A stretch of 63,921 bases of DNA, filler included, from Acidimicrobiia bacterium (GTDB lineage Bacteria; Actinomycetota; Acidimicrobiia; Spongiisociales; SHLN01), in assembly GCA_041619515.1 (NCBI GenBank). It is 4 parts of 4 records of this genome, joined end to end, with 100 filler letters (N's around TTAATTAATTAA, not from the genome) between each part and the next. Parts side by side here need not be neighbours in the genome. Positions count along the whole stretch, not along the records: positions 38,717 to 57,465 come from JBFKDW010000060.1; 3 more parts are not named here. One strand, written 5' to 3'. The notes beneath the pieces are model-generated. The model was not told where the DNA came from and searched no databases. It worked only from the letters and a program-made list of their open reading frames with translations. Of this stretch, positions 43,753 to 52,943 are shown piece by piece. Position 1 is the stretch's first letter. Each line of letters opens with the position of its first letter. Position numbers and translations under genes: made by a program.

Positions 43753-44733
43753 ATGACTGAGCTTTCCCTTCGCGTTTCCAGCAATAACCTGATGCTCGAG
43801 CTGCTGGGCGACCGCGATCGGCATCTGCGCGACATCGAATCCGCTTTCCCGCAAGTCCGGTTTGTGGCACGTGGGAACGAGCTCGTCATGAGCGGCCCCG
43901 AAGCCGAGGTCTCCACCGCCCGCACCGCAGTCGAGGAGCTGCTCATCATCGTCCAGGAGGGCCATCCGCTCGAGCCCGGCCAGGTCGACCGGGTGGTGAC
44001 GATGGTGCGGGATGAGGTGCCGAGCCCGGCCGGCGTGTTCACCGAGGGTGTCGCAGTCGGCCGCGGGAAGTTCGTGCACGCCAAGACGGAGGGGCAGAAG
44101 CGCTACATCGACGCCGTCCGCGACAACACCCTCGTGTTCGGAGTGGGGCCGGCGGGAACCGGCAAGACCTACCTGGCGATGGCAGCCGCGGTTGAAGCGC
44201 TCTCCAGCGGGGCCGTCCGGCGGATCTTGCTCACCCGCCCGGCGGTGGAGGCCGGTGAGCGGCTCGGTTTCCTCCCGGGGGATCTGCAGGCCAAAGTCGA
44301 TCCATACCTTCGCCCGCTGTACGACGCTCTCTACGAGATGCTGGGCCCGGACGAAACCCATGCCCTCATGGACCGGGGAACCATTGAGATTGCGCCGCTC
44401 GCCTACATGCGGGGCCGCACACTCAACGATTCGTTCGTCATACTCGACGAGGCGCAGAACACCTCTCCCCAACAGATGAAGATGTTTCTCACCCGCCTCG
44501 GATTCAACTCCAAGATGGTGATCACCGGAGACCTCACCCAGACCGATCTTCCCTCCGGCATCGGCTCGGGTCTGACCCAGGCGCGCAAGGTATTGTCCAC
44601 CATCCATGGCGTCGCCTTCATCACGCTCGGGGCCGTCGATGTGGTCCGGCACCGCATCGTCGCTGCCATCGTCGAGGCGTATCAGGAATTCGAGGAGAGC
44701 GGGCCGATGATCGAACGCGGTTCCCGCTCATGA
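43753..44733 (+). CDS. phoH: PhoH-family ATPase
   Basis: GPAGTGKT, RPAVEAGERLGFLPG, YMRGRTL, DEAQN. Confidence 0.96.
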   Translation: MTELSLRVSSNNLMLELLGDRDRHLRDIESAFPQVRFVARGNELVMSGPEAEVSTARTAVEELLIIVQEGHPLEPGQVDRVVTMVRDEVPSPAGVFTEGVAVGRGKFVHAKTEGQKRYIDAVRDNTLVFGVGPAGTGKTYLAMAAAVEALSSGAVRRILLTRPAVEAGERLGFLPGDLQAKVDPYLRPLYDALYEMLGPDETHALMDRGTIEIAPLAYMRGRTLNDSFVILDEAQNTSPQQMKMFLTRLGFNSKMVITGDLTQTDLPSGIGSGLTQARKVLSTIHGVAFITLGAVDVVRHRIVAAIVEAYQEFEESGPMIERGSRS

Positions 44734-47231
44734 GCAAGCTGCGCGAGCGTCTGCGCCTCGACAGGATCAGGCCCGGTGTGCTGCGTACCATGGCCGTCGT
44801 CGTGGCAGTCGTCGGGGCGTCGATCGCCCTGATCGCCGGAGAGCTCGGGACCGTGCAACCCCCCGCCGCCGGCGAACCATCGCCGGAAACCTATACCGCC
44901 GACCGCACGATCACCGTCATCAACGCCGAAGCGACCGAGGCGGCCCGGGAGGAGGCCGCCGCCGCCGTTCCGACCGTCTACACCACCGACGGGGACGTGC
45001 CGGTCCAGGTGCAACAGAACATCGAAGCATTCTTTGCCGCGGTGTCGCTCGAGGCTTATCACGACCAGGTGCGGCCTCCCGGCGAGCCACCCGAGGAGAC
45101 CACGACCACCACCGCGCCGACCCCGACCACGCTGTTCCCCGATCAGGGAGGGGAACCGACGATCGTCGTCCCGAGCGTGCTCGGCAACAACGAGCTCACT
45201 GCCCGCAACGCCTTGCAGGAGCTCGGCCTGAACACACTCCTCGGTGACCCCGTCGTAGTCGCGGCGAATTCGAACCAGAACGACCGCGTCGTCGAGCAGG
45301 ATCCGGCCGCCGGGACGCTGGTGACCCCGGGTAGCACCGTCACCGTCCGGCTCGGGTTCGTGCCGGCACCGGCGACGACCACCACCACCAGCACGACCCT
45401 TCCCATACCCACCCTCGACGAGCAGGAGCTGACTCTGGAGGAGGCCTACGGATTCCTCTCGGAGGAGACTCGCAGCACCTTCATCTCGATCGCGCAGGCG
45501 GACCTGGACAACATCGCCGCCGGCAACGAAGGCGAGTTGCTCCTCGACGTGCTGCTCGACGACACGAACCGGGTGGTGCAGACACAGTACGCGGGCGACG
45601 GCATCCGCACCGAAGAGCTCGCAGGAGTGCTCTCGGCGCTGGCAAACGGCTCGGTCATCCTCAGCTCGCGGGATTGGCCCGACCGGGAAGCGGCCGCGTC
45701 CGCAGTCGCCGAGCTCGTCATCTTCAACTTGAAGGAGAACGTCAGAGCCGACCCGGCCGCCACCGAGGCGCAGCGCCGCGAGGCTCGGGCCCTGGTCGAG
45801 AACGTCACCGACGAGTTCGTCGAAGGACAGGACATCGTCAAGCAGGGAGACGTTGTCACCGAGATCGAAGCGCGGGCGATAGCCCAGCTCCTCGCCGCCG
45901 CCCCCCAGACCCCACGCCGCCTGGCGGCAGGGGTCGTGGTGGCCTCGGTGGTTGGCCTTTTGATGCTGTTCTTGCGGCGCAACCGGCCCAAACTGTGGAG
46001 CGAGCCGAAGCTGTTGTTCCTGTTCGGGCTTCTCATTGTGCTGGCGGCGGTGGCGGCTCGACTGGTCGGGTCGCTCATCCCAGACGGGGACTCCGCCCTC
46101 GGCTACATCATGCCCGCCGCGGCCTTCGGGTACCTGGGCGGCATCTTGTTCGACACCAGGGCGGCGGTGCTCATGTCGATCCCGGTGGCGGTGTTCGCCG
46201 GAATCACCACCGGCGACATCGGGGTGGTGGTGTTTTCGGCTGCCTCCGTTCTGGCCCCGCTCCCGTTCGTCTCGAAGGCGGCGTCCATGCGCGACCTGCG
46301 CGTCGCCATCGTGTACACGGCCCTCATCACCGCCCCGCTGGCGGCGGCCATCGCCTGGTTCTTCAACGAGGGCAACGTCACCGGCCAGGCCGGGTTGTTC
46401 GGGTTCGGCGGAGGCCTGCTCGGGGGCCTGATCGGCCTCGGCATCCTGCCCTACGTCGACAACGCCTTCGGTCTGACGACGACACTCACGCTGCTCGACC
46501 TGACCGACCGCAACCATCCGGCCCTGCGGCTGTTGGAGGAGCGTGCCCCCGGCACCTTCAACCACTCCATGCTGGTCGGCACGCTGGCGGGCCGGGCCGC
46601 TCGAGCCATCGATGCCAACCCGCTGCTGGCCGAGGCGGCCGCCTACTACCACGATCTCGGCAAGACCGAGAACCCCCACCTGTTCATAGAAAACCAGTTC
46701 GGTGCTGCCAACCCCCACAACTGGATGGCGCCGGAGGAGTCGGCGGCCGTGATCCGCAACCACGTGATCGACGGTATCCGGCTGGCTCGTGAGCACCGGA
46801 TCCCTCCCGACGTGGCGATCGGAATTCGTCAGCATCACGGCACCAGCCTGATGCGGTTCTTCTATCACAAGGCATTGGAGGATCGGCCGGCGGAGGAAGT
46901 CAACACCAACGACTTCCGGCATGTCGGACAGAAGCCTCAGTCCCGTGAAATGGCCATCGTGATGCTGTGTGACGCCATCGAGGCGGCCGCTCGCTCCCTC
47001 GCCTACCTGGACAATCCAACCGCCGACGGGTTGCGCAAGGTTGTCGAGCAGGTGGTCGATGAGAAGCTCGAAGACGGACAGCTCGACGAAAGCGCGCTCA
47101 CGTTCGGCGATCTCACCAAGGTCAAGCAGGCTCTGCTGGATGCTCTCATTTCGCACTATCACCACCGCATCGTCTATCCGAACTTCCCCGGTAGCGCGTC
47201 GGGAGAATCCGGCGACGAACCCGCATTGTGA
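44730..47231 (+). CDS. pgpH: 7TM-HD phosphohydrolase (PgpH-like) with an inserted PASTA domain
   Basis: APGTFNHS, YHDLGK, FIENQ, HHGT, CDAIEAAARS; about 7 TM; phoH-X-ybeY synteny; PASTA at about 45162-45356. Confidence 0.85.
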   Translation: MSKLRERLRLDRIRPGVLRTMAVVVAVVGASIALIAGELGTVQPPAAGEPSPETYTADRTITVINAEATEAAREEAAAAVPTVYTTDGDVPVQVQQNIEAFFAAVSLEAYHDQVRPPGEPPEETTTTTAPTPTTLFPDQGGEPTIVVPSVLGNNELTARNALQELGLNTLLGDPVVVAANSNQNDRVVEQDPAAGTLVTPGSTVTVRLGFVPAPATTTTTSTTLPIPTLDEQELTLEEAYGFLSEETRSTFISIAQADLDNIAAGNEGELLLDVLLDDTNRVVQTQYAGDGIRTEELAGVLSALANGSVILSSRDWPDREAAASAVAELVIFNLKENVRADPAATEAQRREARALVENVTDEFVEGQDIVKQGDVVTEIEARAIAQLLAAAPQTPRRLAAGVVVASVVGLLMLFLRRNRPKLWSEPKLLFLFGLLIVLAAVAARLVGSLIPDGDSALGYIMPAAAFGYLGGILFDTRAAVLMSIPVAVFAGITTGDIGVVVFSAASVLAPLPFVSKAASMRDLRVAIVYTALITAPLAAAIAWFFNEGNVTGQAGLFGFGGGLLGGLIGLGILPYVDNAFGLTTTLTLLDLTDRNHPALRLLEERAPGTFNHSMLVGTLAGRAARAIDANPLLAEAAAYYHDLGKTENPHLFIENQFGAANPHNWMAPEESAAVIRNHVIDGIRLAREHRIPPDVAIGIRQHHGTSLMRFFYHKALEDRPAEEVNTNDFRHVGQKPQSREMAIVMLCDAIEAAARSLAYLDNPTADGLRKVVEQVVDEKLEDGQLDESALTFGDLTKVKQALLDALISHYHHRIVYPNFPGSASGESGDEPAL

Positions 47232-47692
47232 ACATCTTCCTGGCAGACGAGCAAGAGCAGGCCGTCGAGACCGGGCATCTGCTGGCCATGGCCGAGCGGG
47301 TGCTGGCAGCCGAAGGGATCCCCGACAACGCCGAGCTGGCGATCGTCCTCGTAGGTGCCGAGGAGATGTCGGGCTACAACCAACGCTTCATGGAGCGGAG
47401 CGGACCGACCGATGTGCTGGCGTTCCCGGTCGACCAGCTGGTGCCGGGTCACCTCCCACCACTTCTCGCCAACGGTCAGCCCCTCAGCCTCGGCGACATC
47501 TTCATCTGCCCGGAGGTCGTCAAAAGCCAGGCTGCCGACCTGGGTGTGAGCGTTGATGACGAGATGGCCCTGATCCTCACCCACGGGATCTTGCATCTGC
47601 TCGGGTACGACCATTCGGACCCGGGCGATGCCGCCAAGATGTCGGCCCGCGAGCGGGACCTGCTGGGCAAGGAGGGCATCGAGCTTCCGTGA
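47228..47692 (+). CDS. ybeY: rRNA maturation RNase
   Basis: PTDVLAF, LGDI, HGILHLLGYDH. Confidence 0.96.
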   Translation: MNIFLADEQEQAVETGHLLAMAERVLAAEGIPDNAELAIVLVGAEEMSGYNQRFMERSGPTDVLAFPVDQLVPGHLPPLLANGQPLSLGDIFICPEVVKSQAADLGVSVDDEMALILTHGILHLLGYDHSDPGDAAKMSARERDLLGKEGIELP

Positions 47693-48861
47693 AGCTTTCC
47701 TCCCTCTTCTTTTCAGGTCTGCTCCTGGTGCTGGTGGCAATCATCCGGGCGGCCGGGGCGTCGGTGGTGCGCACCTCGCGGGCCGACGCCCTGCACGACG
47801 CCGCCGAAGGGGACGACCGGGCGGCCCGCATCGCCAATGTCCTCGAAGATCGAACACTCATCCAGCCGGCCCTCGGCACCGTGACGTCGGTGCTGCTGGT
47901 AGCAGCTGCGGTCCCGGCCGCCTGGGCCCTCACCCTGCAGCTCAGCGGGCCGACACTTGCAGTTGGTTTGGCGGCGCTCGGGCTTGCGATCGTCATCATT
48001 GGTGATTTGCTGCCCCGCAGCTGGGGCCGGACCCATCCCCGCGTGCTCGCGTACCGGTTTTCGAGACTCCTGGTGGCGGCGGTGGGCCTCGGCAGCCGGG
48101 CGGTGGACCTGGTGACCGAAGAGGAAGATGATGAGGAAGCCGAGACACCCGAAGACGAAGCGGCCCACGACGAAGCCGAGCGCGAGCTCATATCCTCTGT
48201 GCTCGAGTTCACCGATGCGGTCGTCCGGGAAGTCATGGTGCCACGCACCGACATGACATCCATCAGCGAAACCGCCTCATCGGACGATGCCGTCGACCTG
48301 ACATTGGCCGAGGGCGTGTCACGCGTCCCGGTCACCCGGTCGGGCCCGGATGACATCGTCGGCATCCTGTACGCCCGCGACCTGCTGGCGCTGATGGATT
48401 CCGGTGTGGCCGCCAGGCCCGTTGGCGACTTGATGCGGCCCGGCTACTTCGTCCCGGAGACCAAACGCATTTCGGACCTGCTGAGGCAGATGCAGGCCGA
48501 CCAGGTGCACATGGCGATCGTTGTCGACGAGTTCGGCGGTACGGCCGGGCTCGTCACCATCGAGGACATCATCGAGGAATTGGTGGGTGAGATTGCCGAT
48601 GAGTTCGACCGTGCCGAAGAGCTCGTGACCGCGGTCGAGGACGGGTTTCTCGTCGACGCCCGCCTCAGCGTGAACGAATTGGGTGATTTGTTCGACGTGC
48701 AATTCCCCGATGAGGAGTGGGACACAGTCGGCGGGCTCGTGCTGGCGCTGGCGGGCCGGGTTCCCCGCGAGGGCGAGCAGTTCGAGCACGACGGGGTGCT
48801 GTTCACGGCCGATCGGGTGCAGGGCCGCCGGGTGGCGCGTGTGCTCTGCCGCCGAACGTGA
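47689..48861 (+). CDS. Hemolysin/CBS-CorC family protein
   Basis: VMVPRTD, VDEFGGTAGLVTIEDIIEELVGEI. Confidence 0.92.
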   Translation: MKLSSLFFSGLLLVLVAIIRAAGASVVRTSRADALHDAAEGDDRAARIANVLEDRTLIQPALGTVTSVLLVAAAVPAAWALTLQLSGPTLAVGLAALGLAIVIIGDLLPRSWGRTHPRVLAYRFSRLLVAAVGLGSRAVDLVTEEEDDEEAETPEDEAAHDEAERELISSVLEFTDAVVREVMVPRTDMTSISETASSDDAVDLTLAEGVSRVPVTRSGPDDIVGILYARDLLALMDSGVAARPVGDLMRPGYFVPETKRISDLLRQMQADQVHMAIVVDEFGGTAGLVTIEDIIEELVGEIADEFDRAEELVTAVEDGFLVDARLSVNELGDLFDVQFPDEEWDTVGGLVLALAGRVPREGEQFEHDGVLFTADRVQGRRVARVLCRRT

Positions 48862-49730
48862 AGTCCGGCTTTGTGGCCGTCGTGGGGCGGCCGAACGTCG
48901 GCAAGTCGACCCTCGTCAACGCCGCGGTCGGTGCCAAGGTGGCCATCACCTCACCCCGGCCACAGACAACCCGCAACAGCATTCGGGGTGTGGTGCACGG
49001 CGATGGAGCCCAGGTGGTGCTGGTTGACTCTCCCGGGTTGCACAAACCCAAGAACGCCCTGGGAGAGCGCCTCAACCGCCTCGTCTACGGCACCCTGGCC
49101 GAGTCGGACGCAGCCCTCTTCGTGATCGACGCCACCGCCCCCATCGGTCCCGGGGATCGGCTCATCGCCGACCGTTTGCAGGAGTCGGGCGTCGCCACCG
49201 TGGTGGCCGTCAACAAGACCGACATCGGCGGCAAGGACGACATCGTGGCGCAGCTGGGTGACGCGGGGGAGTGGGACTTCTCGGCCTACGTGCCGGTCAG
49301 CGCCTTGACGGGCGAAAACGTCCACGTCGTGGTCGAAGAACTGGTCTCTCTCATGCCGGAAGGGCCCGCCTTCTTCCCGCCCGGGATGATCACCGATCAG
49401 CCCGAGCCGGTCATCATCGCCGAGTTGATCCGGGAGAAGTACCTGGCCCGGCTCCGCGAGGAGCTGCCTCATTCCCTGACGGTGGTGGTCGACGACCTGG
49501 AGGAACGGACCGGCGGCGTCACCTACATCGGCGCCCGGGTGATCGTCGAGCGAGACTCCCAAAAAGGCATCGTCATCGGTAAAGGCGGCGAGATGTTGAA
49601 GACTGTCGGCGCCGAAGCCAGGGAGGAGATCGAAGCGCTGCTCGGGACCCAGGTGTTCCTGGACTTGCGAGTGCGCGTCGAGAAGGGTTGGCAGAACCAG
49701 CCCCAGCTGCTCGACCGGCTCGGGTTCTGA
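48858..49730 (+). CDS. era: GTPase Era
   Basis: GRPNVGKSTL, PQTTR, NKTD, KH domain SQKGIVIGKGG. Confidence 0.97.
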   Translation: MKSGFVAVVGRPNVGKSTLVNAAVGAKVAITSPRPQTTRNSIRGVVHGDGAQVVLVDSPGLHKPKNALGERLNRLVYGTLAESDAALFVIDATAPIGPGDRLIADRLQESGVATVVAVNKTDIGGKDDIVAQLGDAGEWDFSAYVPVSALTGENVHVVVEELVSLMPEGPAFFPPGMITDQPEPVIIAELIREKYLARLREELPHSLTVVVDDLEERTGGVTYIGARVIVERDSQKGIVIGKGGEMLKTVGAEAREEIEALLGTQVFLDLRVRVEKGWQNQPQLLDRLGF

Positions 49731-49790
49731 GGGGCGGGCCGTCTGGCGCTGGTCGCCACGAGGTAGCCCACCGGGGGTTCCCCCCAAAGT

Positions 49791-49823
49791 AAAAGGGCCC
49801 GGCTGCGGGTGCAGCCGGGCCCC
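49791..49823 (-). terminator. Intrinsic terminator for the minus-strand ECF sigma operon
   Basis: 12-bp stem GGGCCCGGCTGC-GGGT-GCAGCCGGGCCC followed by a U tract on the minus strand. Confidence 0.8.
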
Positions 49824-49837
49824 TGTGCTTGCCGGGG

Positions 49838-50623
49838 CTAGTTGCCGAGGCCGATGGTGCCACCGATCTCGAGCTCCGAACCGATTTCGATGGATCCTTC
49901 GTTCCCGGAGACGGAACCCGACCTGTCCACCCGGGCCTCATCGTCGACGGTGGCACGCTCGGGCGTAGCCGGGGCCGTCGGGGCGGTCACCGAGCTCTGG
50001 ATGGTGCCGTCCGCTGCCACCGCGGCGGTCATCGTGACGACCTCGTCGGCGCTGGCGAAGATCACTTCGACCGCGCCGTCGGCCTGCTCCTTGATGTCGG
50101 CCTGCCAGCCGGCGAAGGCTGCCAGATCGACGACGGACAGCACGCCGTCGGTGACCTCGAGAGACACCGTGCCGGCGGTGCCGACGTCGACCATCTCCAC
50201 CAGCTTGGTCAGGTCGGGGCGGGGCACTTCCACCCCGATATGCCCCGCCAGGTCGGCGCTGGCGTTCTGGAGCGTGTCGGGGAGATTGCCGGTGGCGGCC
50301 AGTCCGCCGGTCACGGTGGCCGTGGCCAGGACCCCGGCCGCAATCTTCGAGCCCAGGCTCGAGAAGATGCTGGCTGCTCCGCTGTATGCCGCTGTTGCGC
50401 TTGTCATTGTTGTTCCTCCGGTTACTGCGCCGGCGGTTGTGCCGGCGACGGTTGCGAGCGAGGCTGCGGCTGCGATCGAGGCCGCCGCCGCTTGCTGGGC
50501 CGTTGCGGCCGCAAGCTGCGGATCGATCTCGGTGACTACAGCGCCCTGCAGCGTGTCCGCCCAATCCGAGATCTCGGAAAGCGGATCGGCCGCAGGATTC
50601 TGTGGTGTGCTTGGCAGTCTCAT
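49838..50623 (-). CDS. Putative anti-sigma factor (single TM, Ala/Thr-rich)
   Basis: Starts 1 nt after the ECF sigma stop; hydrophobic KIAAGVLATATVTGGLAA segment. Confidence 0.6.
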   Translation of the reverse strand: MRLPSTPQNPAADPLSEISDWADTLQGAVVTEIDPQLAAATAQQAAAASIAAAASLATVAGTTAGAVTGGTTMTSATAAYSGAASIFSSLGSKIAAGVLATATVTGGLAATGNLPDTLQNASADLAGHIGVEVPRPDLTKLVEMVDVGTAGTVSLEVTDGVLSVVDLAAFAGWQADIKEQADGAVEVIFASADEVVTMTAAVAADGTIQSSVTAPTAPATPERATVDDEARVDRSGSVSGNEGSIEIGSELEIGGTIGLGN

Positions 50624-50624
50624 G

Positions 50625-51302
50625 TCACCCTCGCAATCGCTGGGTGGAGGAATTCGTTACAGGATTTCTTCGAGAATTCTGATTCATCGCGGATGTCTTC
50701 GGGTTGTGGCCGTTGACGACATGGTTCTCTTCGGCACGGCTGCGGCCGGCGCTCACCGTTTCTTGCACGGCCCGCTTGATCTTCTGTACGGCTCGGGACT
50801 GGATCACCCGGATCGTCCCGGCCGGCTTGCCGACGATCTGCCCGACCTCGTCGCTGTCGAGCTCACCTACGATTCGCAGCAACACGACCTCCCGCTCCAG
50901 GGGCGACAGCGTTTCCAATGCCTGCAGGGTCTCGCGGAGCTGCTCGTGCGCAATCATGATCCCTTCCGGCGTATTCGAGTCGCCGGCGATGGCACCCACC
51001 GTCGCGTCGAGGGGGACCAGGGCGGGGGCTCGGCCGGCCCGCCGATAGGTGTCGGCGATCCGGCGATGGGCGATGGTGAACAGCCAGGAGCGGAAGTTGT
51101 CCCAGCTTCCTTCGAAGCTGTGAATGCTGCGGCTGGCGGCCAGGAAGACATCCTGCATAACGTCGTCGGCGTCGGGGACTCCCTTGGCGCGGGCATACCC
51201 CAGGAGCTTGGGACCGAGCTCGGTGACGATCGCATGCCAGGCCGATTCGTCCCCGCGTTTGGCTCGCTCCAGAAGCTCGGACGGCTTCGGATCGTCGGGC
51301 AT
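50625..51302 (-). CDS. ECF sigma-70 factor
   Basis: DDVMQDVFLAA, FRSWLFTIAHRR, region 4 LSPLEREVVLLR...GTIRVIQSRA. Confidence 0.92.
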   Translation of the reverse strand: MPDDPKPSELLERAKRGDESAWHAIVTELGPKLLGYARAKGVPDADDVMQDVFLAASRSIHSFEGSWDNFRSWLFTIAHRRIADTYRRAGRAPALVPLDATVGAIAGDSNTPEGIMIAHEQLRETLQALETLSPLEREVVLLRIVGELDSDEVGQIVGKPAGTIRVIQSRAVQKIKRAVQETVSAGRSRAEENHVVNGHNPKTSAMNQNSRRNPVTNSSTQRLRG

Positions 51303-51373
51303 GGCAAACCTATCGACAGAGGCGGCGAAAGCTTGATCGGGCAGGAAACAAGATCCGGGATCCGGGTAGGGTC

Positions 51374-52342
51374 GTGACCGTGCAGACGCCCCAGGACCCA
51401 TCGATAGCCAGCCGCATCAAGCAGACGGCCGCCCGGGCGGCGGTTGGGCTCGTACAAGTGGCGGTCGATGCCGTCGGTACAAAACCTGCGGCAGGGGAGG
51501 CCGAATCGGCTCAGGAGCCCTTCACCTGGGGCCGCTTCTTCACCAAGCTGCGGGAGCGGGTGAAGGCCGAGAACCTCCCCTTCCTGTCCGCCGGCCTTGC
51601 CTATTACGGGATGCTCGCCATCGTGCCCGGGCTGATTGCGGTGGTGTCGGTGTACGGACTGGTCGGCGACCCGGCCGAGGTGGCCGGCGTCATCGACGAC
51701 CTCGGCGACGCAGTGCCCGCCGAGGTGGCGGCGTTCCTGGAAGGCCAGATCAACTCGATTCTCGAGACCCCCGCCTCCAGCTTGAGCTTCGGCCTGGCCC
51801 TTTCGACGCTGGGGGCGCTGTGGGCGGCCTCCAACGGCACCAAGGCCCTCATCCGCGGGGTGAACCTCGCGTATGGAATCGATGAGACCCGCCCGTTTCT
51901 GAAACTGCGGGCGCTGTCGATCGCCATCACGGTGGGCCTGATCGCCTTCGTCGGAGCCGTTCTCACGGTGGTGACCTTCGGGCACCGTTGGCTGGGGGGC
52001 TCGGGCTTCGTGCAGCCCCTGTTCGAGTACGGCCGCTGGCCGCTGGTTCTCCTCGTCTCGATGGTGATGCTGGCCGGCTTCTACCGGCTCGCCCCCGCCA
52101 AGCGCCAGCCGGACTGGAGCATCGCCAGCCTCGGAGCGGTGGCGGCTTCCGTCGGCTGGTTGGTGGCCTCGTTCGGGCTCGCGTTCTATGTGTCGCGGTT
52201 CGGGTCCTTCAACGAGACCTACGGCACGCTCGGGGCGGTGATCGTCGTCCTGCTGTGGCTGTTCGTGTCGGGGTTCATCGTGCTGCTGGGCGCAGTGCTC
52301 GACAGCACCCTGGCCGACATGCGCAGGGCCGAGTCCCACTAG
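51374..52342 (+). CDS. YihY/BrkB family membrane protein
   Basis: SAGLAYY, LNLAY-like segment, FNETYGTLGAVIVVLLWLF. Confidence 0.92.
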   Translation: MTVQTPQDPSIASRIKQTAARAAVGLVQVAVDAVGTKPAAGEAESAQEPFTWGRFFTKLRERVKAENLPFLSAGLAYYGMLAIVPGLIAVVSVYGLVGDPAEVAGVIDDLGDAVPAEVAAFLEGQINSILETPASSLSFGLALSTLGALWAASNGTKALIRGVNLAYGIDETRPFLKLRALSIAITVGLIAFVGAVLTVVTFGHRWLGGSGFVQPLFEYGRWPLVLLVSMVMLAGFYRLAPAKRQPDWSIASLGAVAASVGWLVASFGLAFYVSRFGSFNETYGTLGAVIVVLLWLFVSGFIVLLGAVLDSTLADMRRAESH

Positions 52343-52851
52343 CCCTGTACCGAGAACCCACCTTCGTGCGTTGCGATGCGGACGCCTGCGCCCTTCTCCA
52401 GCGCTTCGATGATCACCCCAGTCAACCCATAGACCGCAGCCTCGTTGGTGGGGCTGTGGCCCACGACAAGCGCACGGCCGCCCTCCGACAGCATCGAGAA
52501 CACGGTGCGGAGACCGTCGGCCAGCACCCCCGAGTCGGTCTCGACGAGCTCCGGATCGGCGCTCCGCAGCGATGCCAGGTCCCCGGCGCCGGCGGCGCGA
52601 TATGCCGCCCGCCAGCGGTCCTCGACCGACGAGCGGAGCGCCTCGACCACCACGACGCCGCCCGGAACCGTTTCGCCGAGCCCGGCCAGGAGGCAGCCGA
52701 CCGTCTGGGTGGCCCGCTGGGCCCCGGAGGAGACGGCAACCGAGTAACCGCCGGCAAGGCCGCGTCCGATCTCGATCGCCGCGGTGATGCCCTCGGGCGT
52801 GAGCGCGTCACCCTCGTTGGCGGTGTGGCGCAACAGCTCGATGGTCTTCAC
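52339..52851 (-). CDS. Histidine phosphatase superfamily protein
   Basis: LLRH, SSGAQRATQT, VVGHSP. Confidence 0.75.
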   Translation of the reverse strand: MKTIELLRHTANEGDALTPEGITAAIEIGRGLAGGYSVAVSSGAQRATQTVGCLLAGLGETVPGGVVVVEALRSSVEDRWRAAYRAAGAGDLASLRSADPELVETDSGVLADGLRTVFSMLSEGGRALVVGHSPTNEAAVYGLTGVIIEALEKGAGVRIATHEGGFSVQG

Positions 52852-52943
52852 TCAACCCTCCGGTGACGATCGTACCGGACTGCCTGTGCCCCAGATCGAG
52901 CAGGTTGCGGGCTCGTCCCACCGGGCAGCACGCACTGGAAGCC

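Noticed and set aside
44682..47165. 827-aa antisense ORF, and similar long shadows such as 16328-18286, 20537-22663, 27242-28876, 33230-35185 and 61403-63553
   Set aside because: Overlap well-supported genes, carry no recognisable motifs, and are expected from high-GC codon bias
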